A stretch of 64,000 nucleotides of DNA from Oscillospiraceae bacterium (GTDB taxonomy: Bacteria > Bacillota > Clostridia > Oscillospirales > CAG-272). The translations under genes and the position numbers were made by a program. Shown one piece after another: positions 1-9,638 of this stretch. Location: contig SVQX01000005.1 in the NCBI GenBank assembly GCA_015065065.1, forward strand, positions 4,349 through 68,348. Reading direction: 5' to 3'. The stretch's first letter is position 1. The number at the start of each line of letters is the position of its first letter. Under the pieces are notes generated by a model, which saw nothing but the letters and a program-made list of their open reading frames with translations, had not been told where the DNA came from and searched no databases.

Positions 1-206
1 CCGTGAGTATGTATATCAACAAGTCCCGGGATGAGCATACGTCCCTTGGCATCCACAACGGTAGCTCCGTTGGGTACGGGAGGAACAGGCTCACGGCTGA
101 CGCATACTATTCTATCCTGCTCGGTCAGCACCGAGCCGTCGAAAAACTCTTTGTGTTCAGAGTCATATACCTTTGCGTTACAAATCAAAAGTGACAAATC
201 TATCAT
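1..206 (-). CDS. Amidohydrolase-superfamily protein, N-terminal fragment (gene continues beyond window start)
   Basis: Reverse-strand translation from ATG at 206 gives MIDLSLLICNAKVYDSEHKEFFDGSVLTEQDRIVCVSREPVPPVPNGATVVDAKGRMLIPGLVDIHTHG. This ends in the PGxxDxHxH metal-binding motif typical of amidohydrolases. It is absent from the ORF track because it runs off the edge. Confidence 0.55.
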   Translation of the reverse strand, partial: MIDLSLLICNAKVYDSEHKEFFDGSVLTEQDRIVCVSREPVPPVPNGATVVDAKGRMLIPGLVDIHTH

Positions 207-457
207 TCCTTTCGTACGCCTAAAATGTATACACGATATAGTATACCACAGAATTGTCCTTTTGGCAAGGGGTTTTTGTTTATTTCCCCATATCCATTTT
301 CACACATTTTGCCTATGTTTTCTGTGATTATTATACAACAATTTCACATTAGATACAAATTCAAGCGCAAAATATGTCGTAATTGCACAACAGATACGGT
401 ATTTTGCATAAATTTGGCATGTTAATATGCTACAAAAAAATCCTCAGGGAGCTTACT

Positions 458-976
458 ATGAAATTACAAAAAGATCAAGCAAGCCGCATCCGTGCGGACG
501 CGGCTTGGAACAATATTCTATTAACGCTGTTTTTGTTTGTCGCGGGAGGCACGCTCTACTATCTTATTGAGCTTAGCTGGCGTGGCTGGTCGCATCCTAC
601 CATGGGAGTGCTTGGCGGGCTGTGCTTTTATCTTATCTACCATGTCAATCGAATTTTTTGTCGCCGTTCCCTGCTCTTTCGCTCCGTTGTCAGTGCCGTT
701 ATAATCACAGCGCTTGAGCTTTTGGCGGGCTGCATATTGAACGTATTGATGGACATGAGCATTTGGGATTACAGCTCAAAGCCTTTGAATTTTCTTGGGC
801 AGATCTGCTTTTCCATGAGCGTTTTATGGTTTCTTTTATCCGTCGTTGCCTGCATACTCAGCACAATCGTACGAAAATACGTTTTTGAATATCCGTTACT
901 CGTGGATACGGCGCATGGGACTGTGAGTGCGCACACTATGTACCATACCGATGAGAATATAGGTAGCCAAAAGTGA
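458..976 (+). CDS. Small multi-pass membrane protein (DUF1113 / 'ABC-transporter type IV'-like)
   Basis: ORF 383..976 trimmed to ATG 458 (MKLQKD...), preceded by AGGGAG. It has four or more hydrophobic segments and the motif IELSWRGWSHPTMGVLGG. Its 3' end overlaps the convergent SEDS gene by ~80 nt. Confidence 0.6.
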   Translation: MKLQKDQASRIRADAAWNNILLTLFLFVAGGTLYYLIELSWRGWSHPTMGVLGGLCFYLIYHVNRIFCRRSLLFRSVVSAVIITALELLAGCILNVLMDMSIWDYSSKPLNFLGQICFSMSVLWFLLSVVACILSTIVRKYVFEYPLLVDTAHGTVSAHTMYHTDENIGSQK

Positions 977-2047
977 TGAGCCTCCGCAGGACAAAAACGG
1001 CAGGGTTATTCCGACGACTGGCAGCATAGCGAGACACATTCCAATATTTTCAACGCTCTGCGCGATAAGCACTGCCGCAACGCCTACGCAGATAAACATT
1101 CCGTAGTCGTGGCTTGCCTGTCTGCCTATCCACAGTATTCTTGCCGCCATAACGACAAGTGTTATAACGACCGCTGCCCCGCCCACAAAGCCGAATTTTT
1201 CGCAGACGGTGGCAAATATAAAGTCGGTATGCGAGGCGGCAAGCTGCTCGTATTCGCCGCCTCCGAAAAGTCCAACCCCGAAAAGTCCTCCGTTTTCGAT
1301 GCATTGACGGCTGAGCAGTGGCTGCCAGCCCTTATCAAGCGGGTCAAGCTCGGGGTCAAAGCCCACGAGTATTCTGTCCTGCTGATACGGAGCGAGGAAA
1401 TTCCACAAAAACGGTAAGCCGCCGAGGAGCAAAAGCACACCTCCTCCGAAATACCACAGATTAAGTCCTGCGACGAACAGCATTATCAGCATCACTGCGA
1501 TATAAACGAGAGCAACGCCAAGGTCGCCCGACAGAAGGATACAGCCGATAATTGCGCCCGCGTGTAGCAGTAACAGCAGCAGCTCGCGGGGACGGTTTAT
1601 TCTGTCTCCCACTGTTAACAAATGCTTTGAAAAGGTACAGATAAAGGTTATCTTGACAAACTCGGACGGCTGTATGGCAATTCCCACGATCGGAATGGTC
1701 AGCCAGCTTTTATTCGCCGTTTCCCTCTCTGCGCCCGTCGTTCCGAGAAAGAGAGTGACGGTAAGAATGGCTATGGAAAATATCAGCATAAACAGCCATA
1801 GCTTATCCACGATAACGTGATAGTCAAGATTTGCGACGACATAGGTAAGTATAATACCAACTATCGCCATAGCTATCTGCATTTTAAGCTTACTCTGACC
1901 GAAATTGTCCACCGCACCGTAGACGGTCACAATACTGATCGCTGTCAAGACCAGCGTGCATACAAAAAGAACCGGGTCAACGCAGTTGATTCGGCGCAAA
2001 AGAAGCAGAAAACGTTTTTTGACCGTACCCTGTGCTGATCTCGGCAT
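896..2047 (-). CDS. FtsW/RodA/SpoVE-family (SEDS) peptidoglycan polymerase
   Basis: The 388-aa ORF is polytopic with typical SEDS sequence throughout. Start trimmed to ATG 2047 (MPRSAQ...), preceded by GAAAGGAAA. Confidence 0.85.
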   Translation of the reverse strand: MPRSAQGTVKKRFLLLLRRINCVDPVLFVCTLVLTAISIVTVYGAVDNFGQSKLKMQIAMAIVGIILTYVVANLDYHVIVDKLWLFMLIFSIAILTVTLFLGTTGAERETANKSWLTIPIVGIAIQPSEFVKITFICTFSKHLLTVGDRINRPRELLLLLLHAGAIIGCILLSGDLGVALVYIAVMLIMLFVAGLNLWYFGGGVLLLLGGLPFLWNFLAPYQQDRILVGFDPELDPLDKGWQPLLSRQCIENGGLFGVGLFGGGEYEQLAASHTDFIFATVCEKFGFVGGAAVVITLVVMAARILWIGRQASHDYGMFICVGVAAVLIAQSVENIGMCLAMLPVVGITLPFLSCGGSSLLATYILIGMVHSVRTHSPMRRIHE

Positions 2048-2063
2048 TAGCTTTCCTTTCAAC

Positions 2064-2090
2064 TACTCCCGCGGTGTTTCCGCGGGAGTA
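2064..2090 (-). terminator. GC-rich hairpin downstream of proS (no clear U-tract)
   Basis: TACTCCCGCGG-tgttt-CCGCGGGAGTA, an 11-bp stem, lies 16 nt after the proS stop. It sits immediately upstream of the SEDS gene RBS. Confidence 0.4.
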
Positions 2091-2105
2091 GTAATTTTTA
2101 ATATA

Positions 2106-3542
2106 TCAGTACTGTCTGCCCCAGACGACCATGTGCTTTGCGGGCTTTCCGCAGCAAGCGCAAACGTCGGACAGCTTTTCCTCATCAAAGGGTATGCAAC
2201 GGGACTTGACGCCGCCCGTTACGTCCTTTATCTTATCCTCGCACTCAACATCGCCGCACCACATAGCCTTGATAAAGCCGGGACGGTTAGCAGCAATATC
2301 GGTGAGCTCATCGAAATCCTTTGCCACGTGAGTCTTAGTCTTGAGATTTTCAAGTGCGCGGTTATAAAGCTCCTCATGCACCTGATCCAGCATTGCCTGT
2401 ACCTCATCTACGATATTGTCGAGAGATACGATCTTCTTTTCTCTGGTAACGCGGCTGACAAGCACGCAGGAGTTGGAGGCAATATCGCGAGGACCTATCT
2501 CAAGTCTTACGGGCACGCCCTTCATCTCGTACTGGCTGAACTTCCAGCCCGCAGAGTTATCGCTGTCGTCAAGCTTTACGCGGAAGCTCTCGGCGAGCTT
2601 GTCGCGCAACGCGCCTGCGGCTTCAAGAACGCCCTCCTTATGCTGAGCGGCGGGAATGATAACTACCTGAATGGGCGCTACTCTCGGCGGCAGGATAAGT
2701 CCGTTATCGTCGCCGTGTGTCATGATTATTGCGCCGATCATACGGGTGGAAACTCCCCAGGAGGTCTGGTGAGGATACTGCACCTTATTTTCCTTGTCGG
2801 TGTAAGTAATATCGAATGCCTTGCAAAATCCCGTGCCGAAATAGTGGGTGGTTCCGCCCTGAAGGGCTACGCCGTTGTGCATCATAGGCTCTATGGTATA
2901 GGTCTCCTCAGCGCCCGCAAACTTTTCCTTCTCGGTCTTGCGTCCAAGAATTGCGGGGATAGCAAGTGCCTCGCGGTAGAAATCGGAGTAAACGTGGAGC
3001 ATCTGAATAGTCTCCGCGCGTGCCTCGTCCTCGGTCGCGTGCATAGTATGTCCCTCCTGCCACAAGAACTCAGAGGTGCGGAGGAAGGGGCGGGTTGTCT
3101 TTTCCCATCTTACCACGTTACACCACTGATTATACAGCTTGGGCAGGTCGCGGTAGGAGTGGATTATATTTCTGTAATGCTCGCAGAAAAGTGTTTCGGA
3201 GGTAGGACGGATAGCAAGGCGCTCGGACAGCTTATTCTCGCCGCCTACGGTTACCCACGCGCACTCGGGGGCAAAGCCGTTTACGTGATCCTTCTCCTTC
3301 TGAAGCAGGCTCTCGGGAATGAACATAGGCATATACAGATTTTCATGTCCCAGCTTCTTGAATCTCGCGTCAAGGTCCCTCTGTATATTTTCCCAGATAG
3401 CGTATCCGTAGGGACGGATGATCATACAACCGTGCACGCCCGAATAATCAACAAGCTCCGCTTTCTTTACAACGTCGGTATACCATTGCGCAAAGTCGGT
3501 ATCCATGGACGTTATCTGCTCGACCATTTTTTCTTTTGCCAT
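2106..3542 (-). CDS. proS: Proline--tRNA ligase (short, archaeal-like class II type, 478 aa)
   Basis: Full-length translation [51 protein letters not shown]... is typical ProRS. Confidence 0.93.
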   Translation of the reverse strand: MAKEKMVEQITSMDTDFAQWYTDVVKKAELVDYSGVHGCMIIRPYGYAIWENIQRDLDARFKKLGHENLYMPMFIPESLLQKEKDHVNGFAPECAWVTVGGENKLSERLAIRPTSETLFCEHYRNIIHSYRDLPKLYNQWCNVVRWEKTTRPFLRTSEFLWQEGHTMHATEDEARAETIQMLHVYSDFYREALAIPAILGRKTEKEKFAGAEETYTIEPMMHNGVALQGGTTHYFGTGFCKAFDITYTDKENKVQYPHQTSWGVSTRMIGAIIMTHGDDNGLILPPRVAPIQVVIIPAAQHKEGVLEAAGALRDKLAESFRVKLDDSDNSAGWKFSQYEMKGVPVRLEIGPRDIASNSCVLVSRVTREKKIVSLDNIVDEVQAMLDQVHEELYNRALENLKTKTHVAKDFDELTDIAANRPGFIKAMWCGDVECEDKIKDVTGGVKSRCIPFDEEKLSDVCACCGKPAKHMVVWGRQY

Positions 3543-3586
3543 TTTATATCTCTGCCTTTCGACTGTGATTAGATTAGTTACAGTTT

Positions 3587-3615
3587 ATTATAATCTAATT
3601 TTCCTCTTTTGTCAA
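3587..3615 (-). promoter_or_regulatory. Sigma-A-type promoter for proS
   Basis: On the minus strand TTGACA (3615-3610), 17 nt, TATAAT (3592-3587). The leader is only ~40 nt, so there is no room for a T-box. Confidence 0.6.
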
Positions 3616-3651
3616 GGGGATTTGCGTTATTTATCCCTCATTTTACAAAAT

Positions 3652-3680
3652 GTACCCCGACGCTATCGGCGTCGGGGTAC
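3652..3680 (-). terminator. Intrinsic terminator after the HPr-like gene
   Basis: 12-bp stem GTACCCCGACGC/GCGTCGGGGTAC, followed on the minus strand by ATTTTGTAAAA. Confidence 0.75.
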
Positions 3681-3738
3681 AAGATATGTCATTACGTATA
3701 ATCATCAAAAATATATCAGCCGCATCTGAATTTAGGTC

Positions 3739-3981
3739 TTACTCTGCGTCCTCTACGACAAAGGGCTTGATCTTAGCGAAAAGCTCGTCTGCCTTGGAGT
3801 CGTCGTGGAAGGTCATCTTAATGGGTTTGCGAAGGTCAAGGCTGAAAATACCCAACAGGGATTTTCCGTCTACCTTGTAACGGCCGGACTCAAGATCCAC
3901 GTCGCCGTTAAAACCGACGATAATGTTTACAAAGGAATATACGTCGTCAATCGTACTGAGCTTAATATAAATGGATTTCAT
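3739..3981 (-). CDS. HPr-family-like small protein lacking the His15 motif
   Basis: Start at MKSIYIKL, preceded by AAAGGAAC. VDGKSLLGIFSLDL matches the HPr Ser46 region. No GIHARPA-type His15 segment is present. Confidence 0.6.
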   Translation of the reverse strand: MKSIYIKLSTIDDVYSFVNIIVGFNGDVDLESGRYKVDGKSLLGIFSLDLRKPIKMTFHDDSKADELFAKIKPFVVEDAE

Positions 3982-4088
3982 TTCCGTTCCTTTCTGCCGC
4001 ATCTACTCTCTTTCTGTGTGCGGTCTGTTGCATTTTTTACGAAAAGGCTCAAGCTCCAATGCGGTGGTGTTTCTACCTTTACACTTAC

Positions 4089-4117
4089 ATTATATACCAA
4101 ATTTTCAGCAAATTCAA
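4089..4117 (-). promoter_or_regulatory. Sigma-A-type promoter for the HPr-like gene
   Basis: On the minus strand TTGAAT (4117-4112), 17 nt, TATAAT (4094-4089). Confidence 0.5.
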
Positions 4118-4169
4118 TCGGTAATTTAAATAAACTTTAAATATCGAGCCAAATTTTTGTGGCAAACAT

Positions 4170-4197
4170 ACACAAAACAAGGCTCGCTGTTTTGTGT
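4170..4197 (-). terminator. Hairpin downstream of holA
   Basis: ACACAAAACA-aggctcgc-TGTTTTGTGT, a 10-bp stem 10 nt after the holA stop. Confidence 0.5.
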
Positions 4198-4206
4198 AAA
4201 ATGTCT

Positions 4207-5253
4207 TCAAAGAGAGCAGATAAGCTTTTCAATGACAGCATATCCTTTAGCAGACAGCTTCAAGGCTTTATCTGCGTCGTCACAGCTTCGGACGGCGGCC
4301 TTTAGTCGGGACAGCTCCATATCCTTCGCCTGACGGAGGTAAAGTCCCGCCTTATATTCATGCATACGCAACGCCTCTGCAACCTCGCCCACAGTTGCGC
4401 CATCGTCTGCCATTACCTTGACGGACAACAGATCGCACAGTACGCGATTGACCTCCGAGAGAATGATTATTGGCTCCTCCCGTCGGAATTTAAGATCGGC
4501 GAGAATATTCAAAGCCAAGTCGCGGCGATGCTCCATTATGGCGTTGGTAAAAGCAAATGCGTCGTATTCCACGGCGGGTATTGCCACAAGCTTTACGTCG
4601 TCGACAGTAACCGCTTCCCTGCCCTTGGCGCGAACATAGGATGCGACCTTATGTATCTCGGACGCCAGCTTATACATATCTCTACCGCACCAATCAACGG
4701 TAAAGGCGCACACCTGCGCGTCAGCCGTCACCCCGCCGTGCTGATAATGCTTGTCTACCCAAGCGGCAAGCCGTGCGGGGGTATTGCGTTCAAAATACAC
4801 GGGGGTCAGATGCTCGCACAGTGCTGTCAGCTTTGCTGACGGGCGCTTTGGAAGCGTACCGTAATCAAACGCATCCGAATCCACCGAGATTATTAGGAGA
4901 TTGTAGTCAAGCTCGGGACGGGAAAGCTCAGAAAGTGTAGCGCACAGGTCTTCAAAATCCGCCGCCTTCATATCGTCGATACGAAGCCCTGTGACGGTTA
5001 TAATCTTGCGCTCGCCCATCATAGGCGGAGAATTGGCGGCATCTGCAAGCGCATCGGCAGTGAAATCCGTTCCGCCAAGGCGGATATCGTTAAAGCAATC
5101 GCCAACGCTGTCACCGTTTGCGTGAAGCACTGCGTCGCGTGCGGTGGATATAGCCGCCACCTTCATATAATCCTCCTCGCCAAAGAAAAAATACGCGCCC
5201 GTAGGGTCTGCTTTTATTTTTCGGCGAAGATCCGCTTCCTTTAACAGATTCAT
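4207..5253 (-). CDS. holA: DNA polymerase III delta subunit
   Basis: 348 aa, MNLLKEADLRRKIKADPTGAYFFFGEEDYMK... is a typical HolA N-terminus. ATGA overlap with the upstream gene. Confidence 0.8.
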   Translation of the reverse strand: MNLLKEADLRRKIKADPTGAYFFFGEEDYMKVAAISTARDAVLHANGDSVGDCFNDIRLGGTDFTADALADAANSPPMMGERKIITVTGLRIDDMKAADFEDLCATLSELSRPELDYNLLIISVDSDAFDYGTLPKRPSAKLTALCEHLTPVYFERNTPARLAAWVDKHYQHGGVTADAQVCAFTVDWCGRDMYKLASEIHKVASYVRAKGREAVTVDDVKLVAIPAVEYDAFAFTNAIMEHRRDLALNILADLKFRREEPIIILSEVNRVLCDLLSVKVMADDGATVGEVAEALRMHEYKAGLYLRQAKDMELSRLKAAVRSCDDADKALKLSAKGYAVIEKLICSL

Positions 5254-6470
5254 TTTGTTTCCTTCCCCTTTTGTTTTTTATCGACAGGGTCACGCTTTAA
5301 GGCTTCCGCAACAAGCGGGAAAAAGGTCACGTCAAGCTCGCCGCGCGTGGCTTTACCGTTTTCCTGCGGTTCTCGCTTTTCCTTGCCCTTTTTGCCGACA
5401 TCAAGATTTAGCATTGCCGCAAAGAGAAGTCCTACGGCGTCGCGTGTTTCTCGGTCAAGCTCGTTTACCATTTTAATTACGGTGATGGCGTTTTTTATCT
5501 TGCTTTCGTTCAGCTCCGACAAGGTTTTTGCCCCCGTCGCGCTAAGTATATCGAAAATTACCTCGGTAAATTGCTCTCTCTCCTCGGGTGTCAGTGCTGC
5601 TATCTTTTCGCGCAGCACAGTATCGTTTTTGACACCCTGCGCTGAAAGCTGCGGGAGTCTTACAAAGCCTCCGCCCATTACCTCCCAGAGCATGGGATTA
5701 TGCTGAAGAAGTCCGCTTTTCCTGCTTTTGACTATTTGAAAGGATCGGTCGTTATCAAGCAGGAGTCCGACGAGTGATGACTGCGGCACGAGGGTCGTTA
5801 TTCTGTCCGACATTTCGCGATACTGCTCCGACGCTATGACCTGCGGCAAAAAGCCTGGACCGTCAAGGCTGTACACCTTAACTATCCTGTCGCGGATCTT
5901 CTTTTGAGAATGTACCGCCCCCCATACGGCAAGATGTCCACCCTTGGAGTGTCCCGCAACGTACAGCTGTGTTTTTCTCGTCGGCACGTGTGCGGCGAGG
6001 TATTCAACAGCCCTTGTGTGTGACGGCACCTCCTCGCGAAAGGAGAGGTGGAAGTCTTCCTTCCAGCCGACGATATTATCGTCAGTCCCTCGGAAGGCAA
6101 CGACGGTTACGTTATCGCCAAGCTCAAAGCTGACGGCGGAAAACTGCATCTCGCACCGCTCGCACACCTCGTTGACGTAACCGAATATACGTACGTCTGC
6201 ATAGCGAGGGGACGCAGGCAAACGGATAAGCAGCTCGGATATTTCGGGAATGATTATAAGCCCCAGGTATCTGTCCTTGGGCGTGGGGTATTTTTCAACG
6301 TAGGCATCAACTGCCTCACGCACACTGATTCCCTCCTTGCCGCTTGGGACTATTCCGTCGAAATTTATATATGACAAAAGCGCAAATATCAGCGCGTCCG
6401 CCTCGCACGGCGGCAGCTCTGAAAAGGAAATATCCCCTCGCCAATCGAGATAATCGTTTATATTTGCCAT
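5250..6470 (-). CDS. Mbeg1-like (DUF2974) alpha/beta-hydrolase/lipase-like protein
   Basis: Trimmed to MANINDYLDWRGDISF, with RBS GGAAAGGGGAG. GHSKGG nucleophile-elbow motif and a Lys/Glu-rich C-terminus. Confidence 0.7.
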   Translation of the reverse strand: MANINDYLDWRGDISFSELPPCEADALIFALLSYINFDGIVPSGKEGISVREAVDAYVEKYPTPKDRYLGLIIIPEISELLIRLPASPRYADVRIFGYVNEVCERCEMQFSAVSFELGDNVTVVAFRGTDDNIVGWKEDFHLSFREEVPSHTRAVEYLAAHVPTRKTQLYVAGHSKGGHLAVWGAVHSQKKIRDRIVKVYSLDGPGFLPQVIASEQYREMSDRITTLVPQSSLVGLLLDNDRSFQIVKSRKSGLLQHNPMLWEVMGGGFVRLPQLSAQGVKNDTVLREKIAALTPEEREQFTEVIFDILSATGAKTLSELNESKIKNAITVIKMVNELDRETRDAVGLLFAAMLNLDVGKKGKEKREPQENGKATRGELDVTFFPLVAEALKRDPVDKKQKGKETK

Positions 6471-6544
6471 ATTCTCCCCTTTCCCGACAAAATCGTGATT
6501 AAACGCAGTGCGATACCGCAAAAGGCAGTATCGCACTAAAATTA

Positions 6545-7945
6545 TCAGATAGTATGAACGCCCGACGCCATGTTTGCGTGCTGTGCATCCAGATTATATT
6601 TCTGCGCCTTGCGATACTCAAAGAATTTGAGCGCAACCTGCTCGAACAGCGCGTAGGACAATACGTCCTCCTCCTGCTCGATAAGTCCTGCGGGAATAGC
6701 CGCGCGGAGCTTTTCTATCTCGGGCTCAAGCGCATCTGCGGGACGGTAGGTTATGGGCTGCTCGTCGCCAATAATCCTCTTTATGAATTCGGGATCAATC
6801 GGAACTGCCGCTTTACCGTAATCGCCACGTACTATTCCCTTGAATTCCTTGGTAACCATCTTGTATCTCTCACCGTTAAGCACGTTAAGCACCGCCTGCG
6901 TACCTACGATCTGCGACGATGGTGTTACAAGAGGAGGATATCCAACGTCTGCGCGCACTCTCGGCACTTCCTCAAGCACCTCGGTCAGCTTATCCTCCTT
7001 GCCCGCCTGCTTGAGCTGGGACATAAGGTTTGACAGCATTCCGCCCGGAACCTGATATATAAGCGCGTTTACGTCGACCTTGAGCGCCTTGGTGTTCATA
7101 AGTCCGCTCTCAAGATATCTTTCGCGCAGAGGTGTAAAATATTTGGTAATTCTATCAAGGGATTCAAGTGTGATACCCGTATCGTACTCCGTGCCTGCGA
7201 GCGTTGCAACAAGCGCCTCTGTGGGAGGCTGGGACGTACCGAGAGCCATGGGCGAGATCGCTGTATCCACAACGTCAACGCCTGCCTCAATCGCCTTGAG
7301 CAGGGTCATGGAGGCAAGTCCCGAGGTATAGTGGGTATGGAGCTGGATCGGTATCTTTACCGTCTCCTTCATAGCCTTTACCAGCTCGTATGCGTCGTAG
7401 GGCTTGAGAAGTCCTGCCATATCCTTGATACAAATGGAGTTAGCACCCATTTCCTCAAGCTGCTTTGCATAGGTGGTATAATACTCTGTGGTAAATACGG
7501 GACCTGTGGTATAGCTGACTGCAGCCTGAACGTGTCCGCCCTCCTTGATGGTGGCGTTGATTGCCGTCTTCAGATTGCGAGGATCATTGAGCGCGTCGAA
7601 TATACGTAGAATATCAATACCGTTAGCGATAGACTTCTGAACGAAATACTCAACCACGTCATCCGAATAGTGGCGGTAGCCGAGAATGTTCTGTCCGCGG
7701 AAGAGCATCTGGAGCTTGGTATTCTTAACCTCCGCTCTTATTTTGCGCAGACGCTCCCACGGGTCTTCATTGAGGAAGCGCATGCAGGAGTCGAAGGTCG
7801 CTCCTCCCCACGCTTCAAGAGAATGATATCCTACCTTATCCATTTCGGCAAGGATGGGAAGCATCTCCTCCGTAGTCATTCGGGTTGCAATAAGTGACTG
7901 ATGTGAGTCACGAAGCACTGTTTCTGTTATTTTAACTTTTCCCAT
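6545..7945 (-). CDS. Oxaloacetate decarboxylase alpha / transcarboxylase 5S-type carboxyltransferase (no biotinyl domain)
   Basis: MGKVKITETVLRDSHQSLIATRMTTEEM... is the HMGL-like TIM barrel plus conserved C-terminal domain of OadA/PycB/5S. At 466 aa it ends before any biotin-carrier domain. Confidence 0.88.
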   Translation of the reverse strand: MGKVKITETVLRDSHQSLIATRMTTEEMLPILAEMDKVGYHSLEAWGGATFDSCMRFLNEDPWERLRKIRAEVKNTKLQMLFRGQNILGYRHYSDDVVEYFVQKSIANGIDILRIFDALNDPRNLKTAINATIKEGGHVQAAVSYTTGPVFTTEYYTTYAKQLEEMGANSICIKDMAGLLKPYDAYELVKAMKETVKIPIQLHTHYTSGLASMTLLKAIEAGVDVVDTAISPMALGTSQPPTEALVATLAGTEYDTGITLESLDRITKYFTPLRERYLESGLMNTKALKVDVNALIYQVPGGMLSNLMSQLKQAGKEDKLTEVLEEVPRVRADVGYPPLVTPSSQIVGTQAVLNVLNGERYKMVTKEFKGIVRGDYGKAAVPIDPEFIKRIIGDEQPITYRPADALEPEIEKLRAAIPAGLIEQEEDVLSYALFEQVALKFFEYRKAQKYNLDAQHANMASGVHTI

Positions 7946-7973
7946 TGTTATACTCACTCCTAAAGGTTATTTA

Positions 7974-9176
7974 TCAGAGCCACGAGAGGAAAACGCCCGC
8001 GGCTACGGCTGAGCCGATAACGCCTGCTACGTTGGGGCCCATGGCGTGCATGAGCAGGAAGTTGGAGGGATCCTCCTTCTGTCCTACCGTCTGCGCTACG
8101 CGAGCCGCCATAGGTACTGCGGAAACGCCCGCAGAGCCGATAAGCGGATTGATCTTTCCGCCCGACAGCCAGTTCATTATCTTTGCGGTGATAAGTCCGC
8201 CGCAGGTAGATATACAGAAGGCTACGAGTCCGCACGCAATAATAACTACGGTCTCAAGTCGAAGGAAATTTTCAGCACTCGCTGTGGCTCCGACACTGAT
8301 ACCGAGGAATATTGTAACTATGTTCATAAGCTCATTCTGCGCGGTCTTGGAAAGTCTGTCGGTAACTCCGCAAACATTGAGCAGATTACCGAACATAAGA
8401 CAACCGATAAGGGCAAGCGCGTCGGGAACGATAAGTCCTACGACAACGGTTACGATGATCGGGAAAAGCAGCTTTTCGGTGCGAGATACAGGACGAAGCT
8501 GTTCCATTTTGATGGATCTTTCCTTCTTAGTTGTAAGCAGCTTCATAAAAGGAGGCTGTATCATGGGGATAAGCGCCATATAGCTGTACGCCGCGATTGC
8601 GATAGCACCGAGAAGTGCGGGACCGAGCGTTTTGGTAACGAGTATCGCCGTAGGTCCGTCAGCACCGCCGATAATACCGATAGATGCCGCCTCACCAAGC
8701 GTATACAGTCCCGACATGAATGCCGACGCAAATGCTACGACCACGCCGAACTGTGCGCCGGCACCGATAATAAAATACTTGGGGTTTGCGATAAGAGGAG
8801 TAAAGTCGGTCATGGCACCGATGCCTACAAATATAAGGCAGGGATAGATACCCAGCTTTACGCCAATGTAAAGGAGATCGAGAAATCCGCCCTTATTGAC
8901 CACCATTTGCAGTGATTCAAGCACCGTCATGCTACTGTCACCCATCCACATATCAAAGTGGAAAAGCCCCGCGCCAGGAAGGTTTGTCAGCAGTATTCCG
9001 ATAGCAATAGGCAAAAGCAAAAGCGGCTCGAATTGCTTTGCTATTGCAAGGTAGATAAGAATTCCCGCGATAGCATACATAATCAGGTACTGCCACCAAT
9101 TTTCGTCGCTTATCAGCAGGGATATGCCCGTCTTTTCGATAAAGTTCTTTATAGTTTCAAGTATGCTGTTCCACAT
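7974..9176 (-). CDS. Na+-translocating decarboxylase beta subunit (OadB/MmdB/GcdB family)
   Basis: 400-aa polytopic protein with family-typical sequence throughout, e.g. ...GADGPTAI... and ...LLMHAMGPNVAGVIGSAVAAG. Confidence 0.9.
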   Translation of the reverse strand: MWNSILETIKNFIEKTGISLLISDENWWQYLIMYAIAGILIYLAIAKQFEPLLLLPIAIGILLTNLPGAGLFHFDMWMGDSSMTVLESLQMVVNKGGFLDLLYIGVKLGIYPCLIFVGIGAMTDFTPLIANPKYFIIGAGAQFGVVVAFASAFMSGLYTLGEAASIGIIGGADGPTAILVTKTLGPALLGAIAIAAYSYMALIPMIQPPFMKLLTTKKERSIKMEQLRPVSRTEKLLFPIIVTVVVGLIVPDALALIGCLMFGNLLNVCGVTDRLSKTAQNELMNIVTIFLGISVGATASAENFLRLETVVIIACGLVAFCISTCGGLITAKIMNWLSGGKINPLIGSAGVSAVPMAARVAQTVGQKEDPSNFLLMHAMGPNVAGVIGSAVAAGVFLSWL

Positions 9177-9221
9177 TACAGAATATTCCTTTCATCAAGA
9201 TTTGAAGCAGGAATACTCTGA

Positions 9222-9608
9222 TCAGTTGAGAGTAACGAGAACTTCGTCTGTCTGAACGGACGCGCCCGTCTGCACGTTTACGGTCGCTACCGTTCCGTCC
9301 TCGGGAGCGCAGATATCGTTTTCCATCTTCATAGCCTCCAGAACGCAGAGAACGTCTCCCTTCTTTACTGCCGTGCCTGCTGACACGTTTACCTTTACGA
9401 TAGTGCCGGGCATGGGAGCCTTTACTGCGACTGCACCTGCGTTACCTGCGGGTGCTGCCGCGGGGGCAGGAGCTGCTGCGGGTGCGGGAGCTGCTGCGGG
9501 TGCAGTCTGTACTACGGGAGCAGGTACTGCTACGGGAGCTGCGCCGCCTACCTCTTCTACTGCTACGTCATAAGTGACACCGTTTACGGTTATATTAAAT
9601 CTTCTCAT
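9222..9608 (-). CDS. Biotin carboxyl carrier protein (1.3S/MmdC/GcdC-like)
   Basis: C-terminal biotinyl domain with the EAMKMEN motif and an Ala/Pro-rich linker. Start at ATG 9608 (MRRFNITVNG). Confidence 0.88.
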   Translation of the reverse strand: MRRFNITVNGVTYDVAVEEVGGAAPVAVPAPVVQTAPAAAPAPAAAPAPAAAPAGNAGAVAVKAPMPGTIVKVNVSAGTAVKKGDVLCVLEAMKMENDICAPEDGTVATVNVQTGASVQTDEVLVTLN

Positions 9609-9638
9609 TTCAAATACCAACCTTTCAAATTTTGATTA

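Noticed and set aside
896-976. An ~80-nt convergent overlap between the 3' ends of the membrane-protein gene (458..976) and the SEDS gene, as a possible annotation artefact or regulatory antisense overlap.
   Set aside because: Both ORFs end at their first in-frame stops and both have good starts. The overlap is probably real, but I see no additional signal such as a hairpin or repeat that would make it more than incidental.
3543-3615. T-box or other riboswitch upstream of proS, and likewise upstream of lysK (51279-51354).
   Set aside because: The predicted promoters leave leaders of only ~40 and ~75 nt. Neither has a T-box motif (no ...GGTGGTACCGCG-like sequence), a specifier-loop architecture or an L-box.
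9420-9560. Tandem GC-rich nucleotide repeats (GCTGCTGCGGGTGC...).
   Set aside because: They lie inside the BCCP gene and encode its Ala/Pro-rich flexible linker (APAAAPAPAAAPAPAAAPAG). This is a normal feature of biotin and lipoyl carriers.
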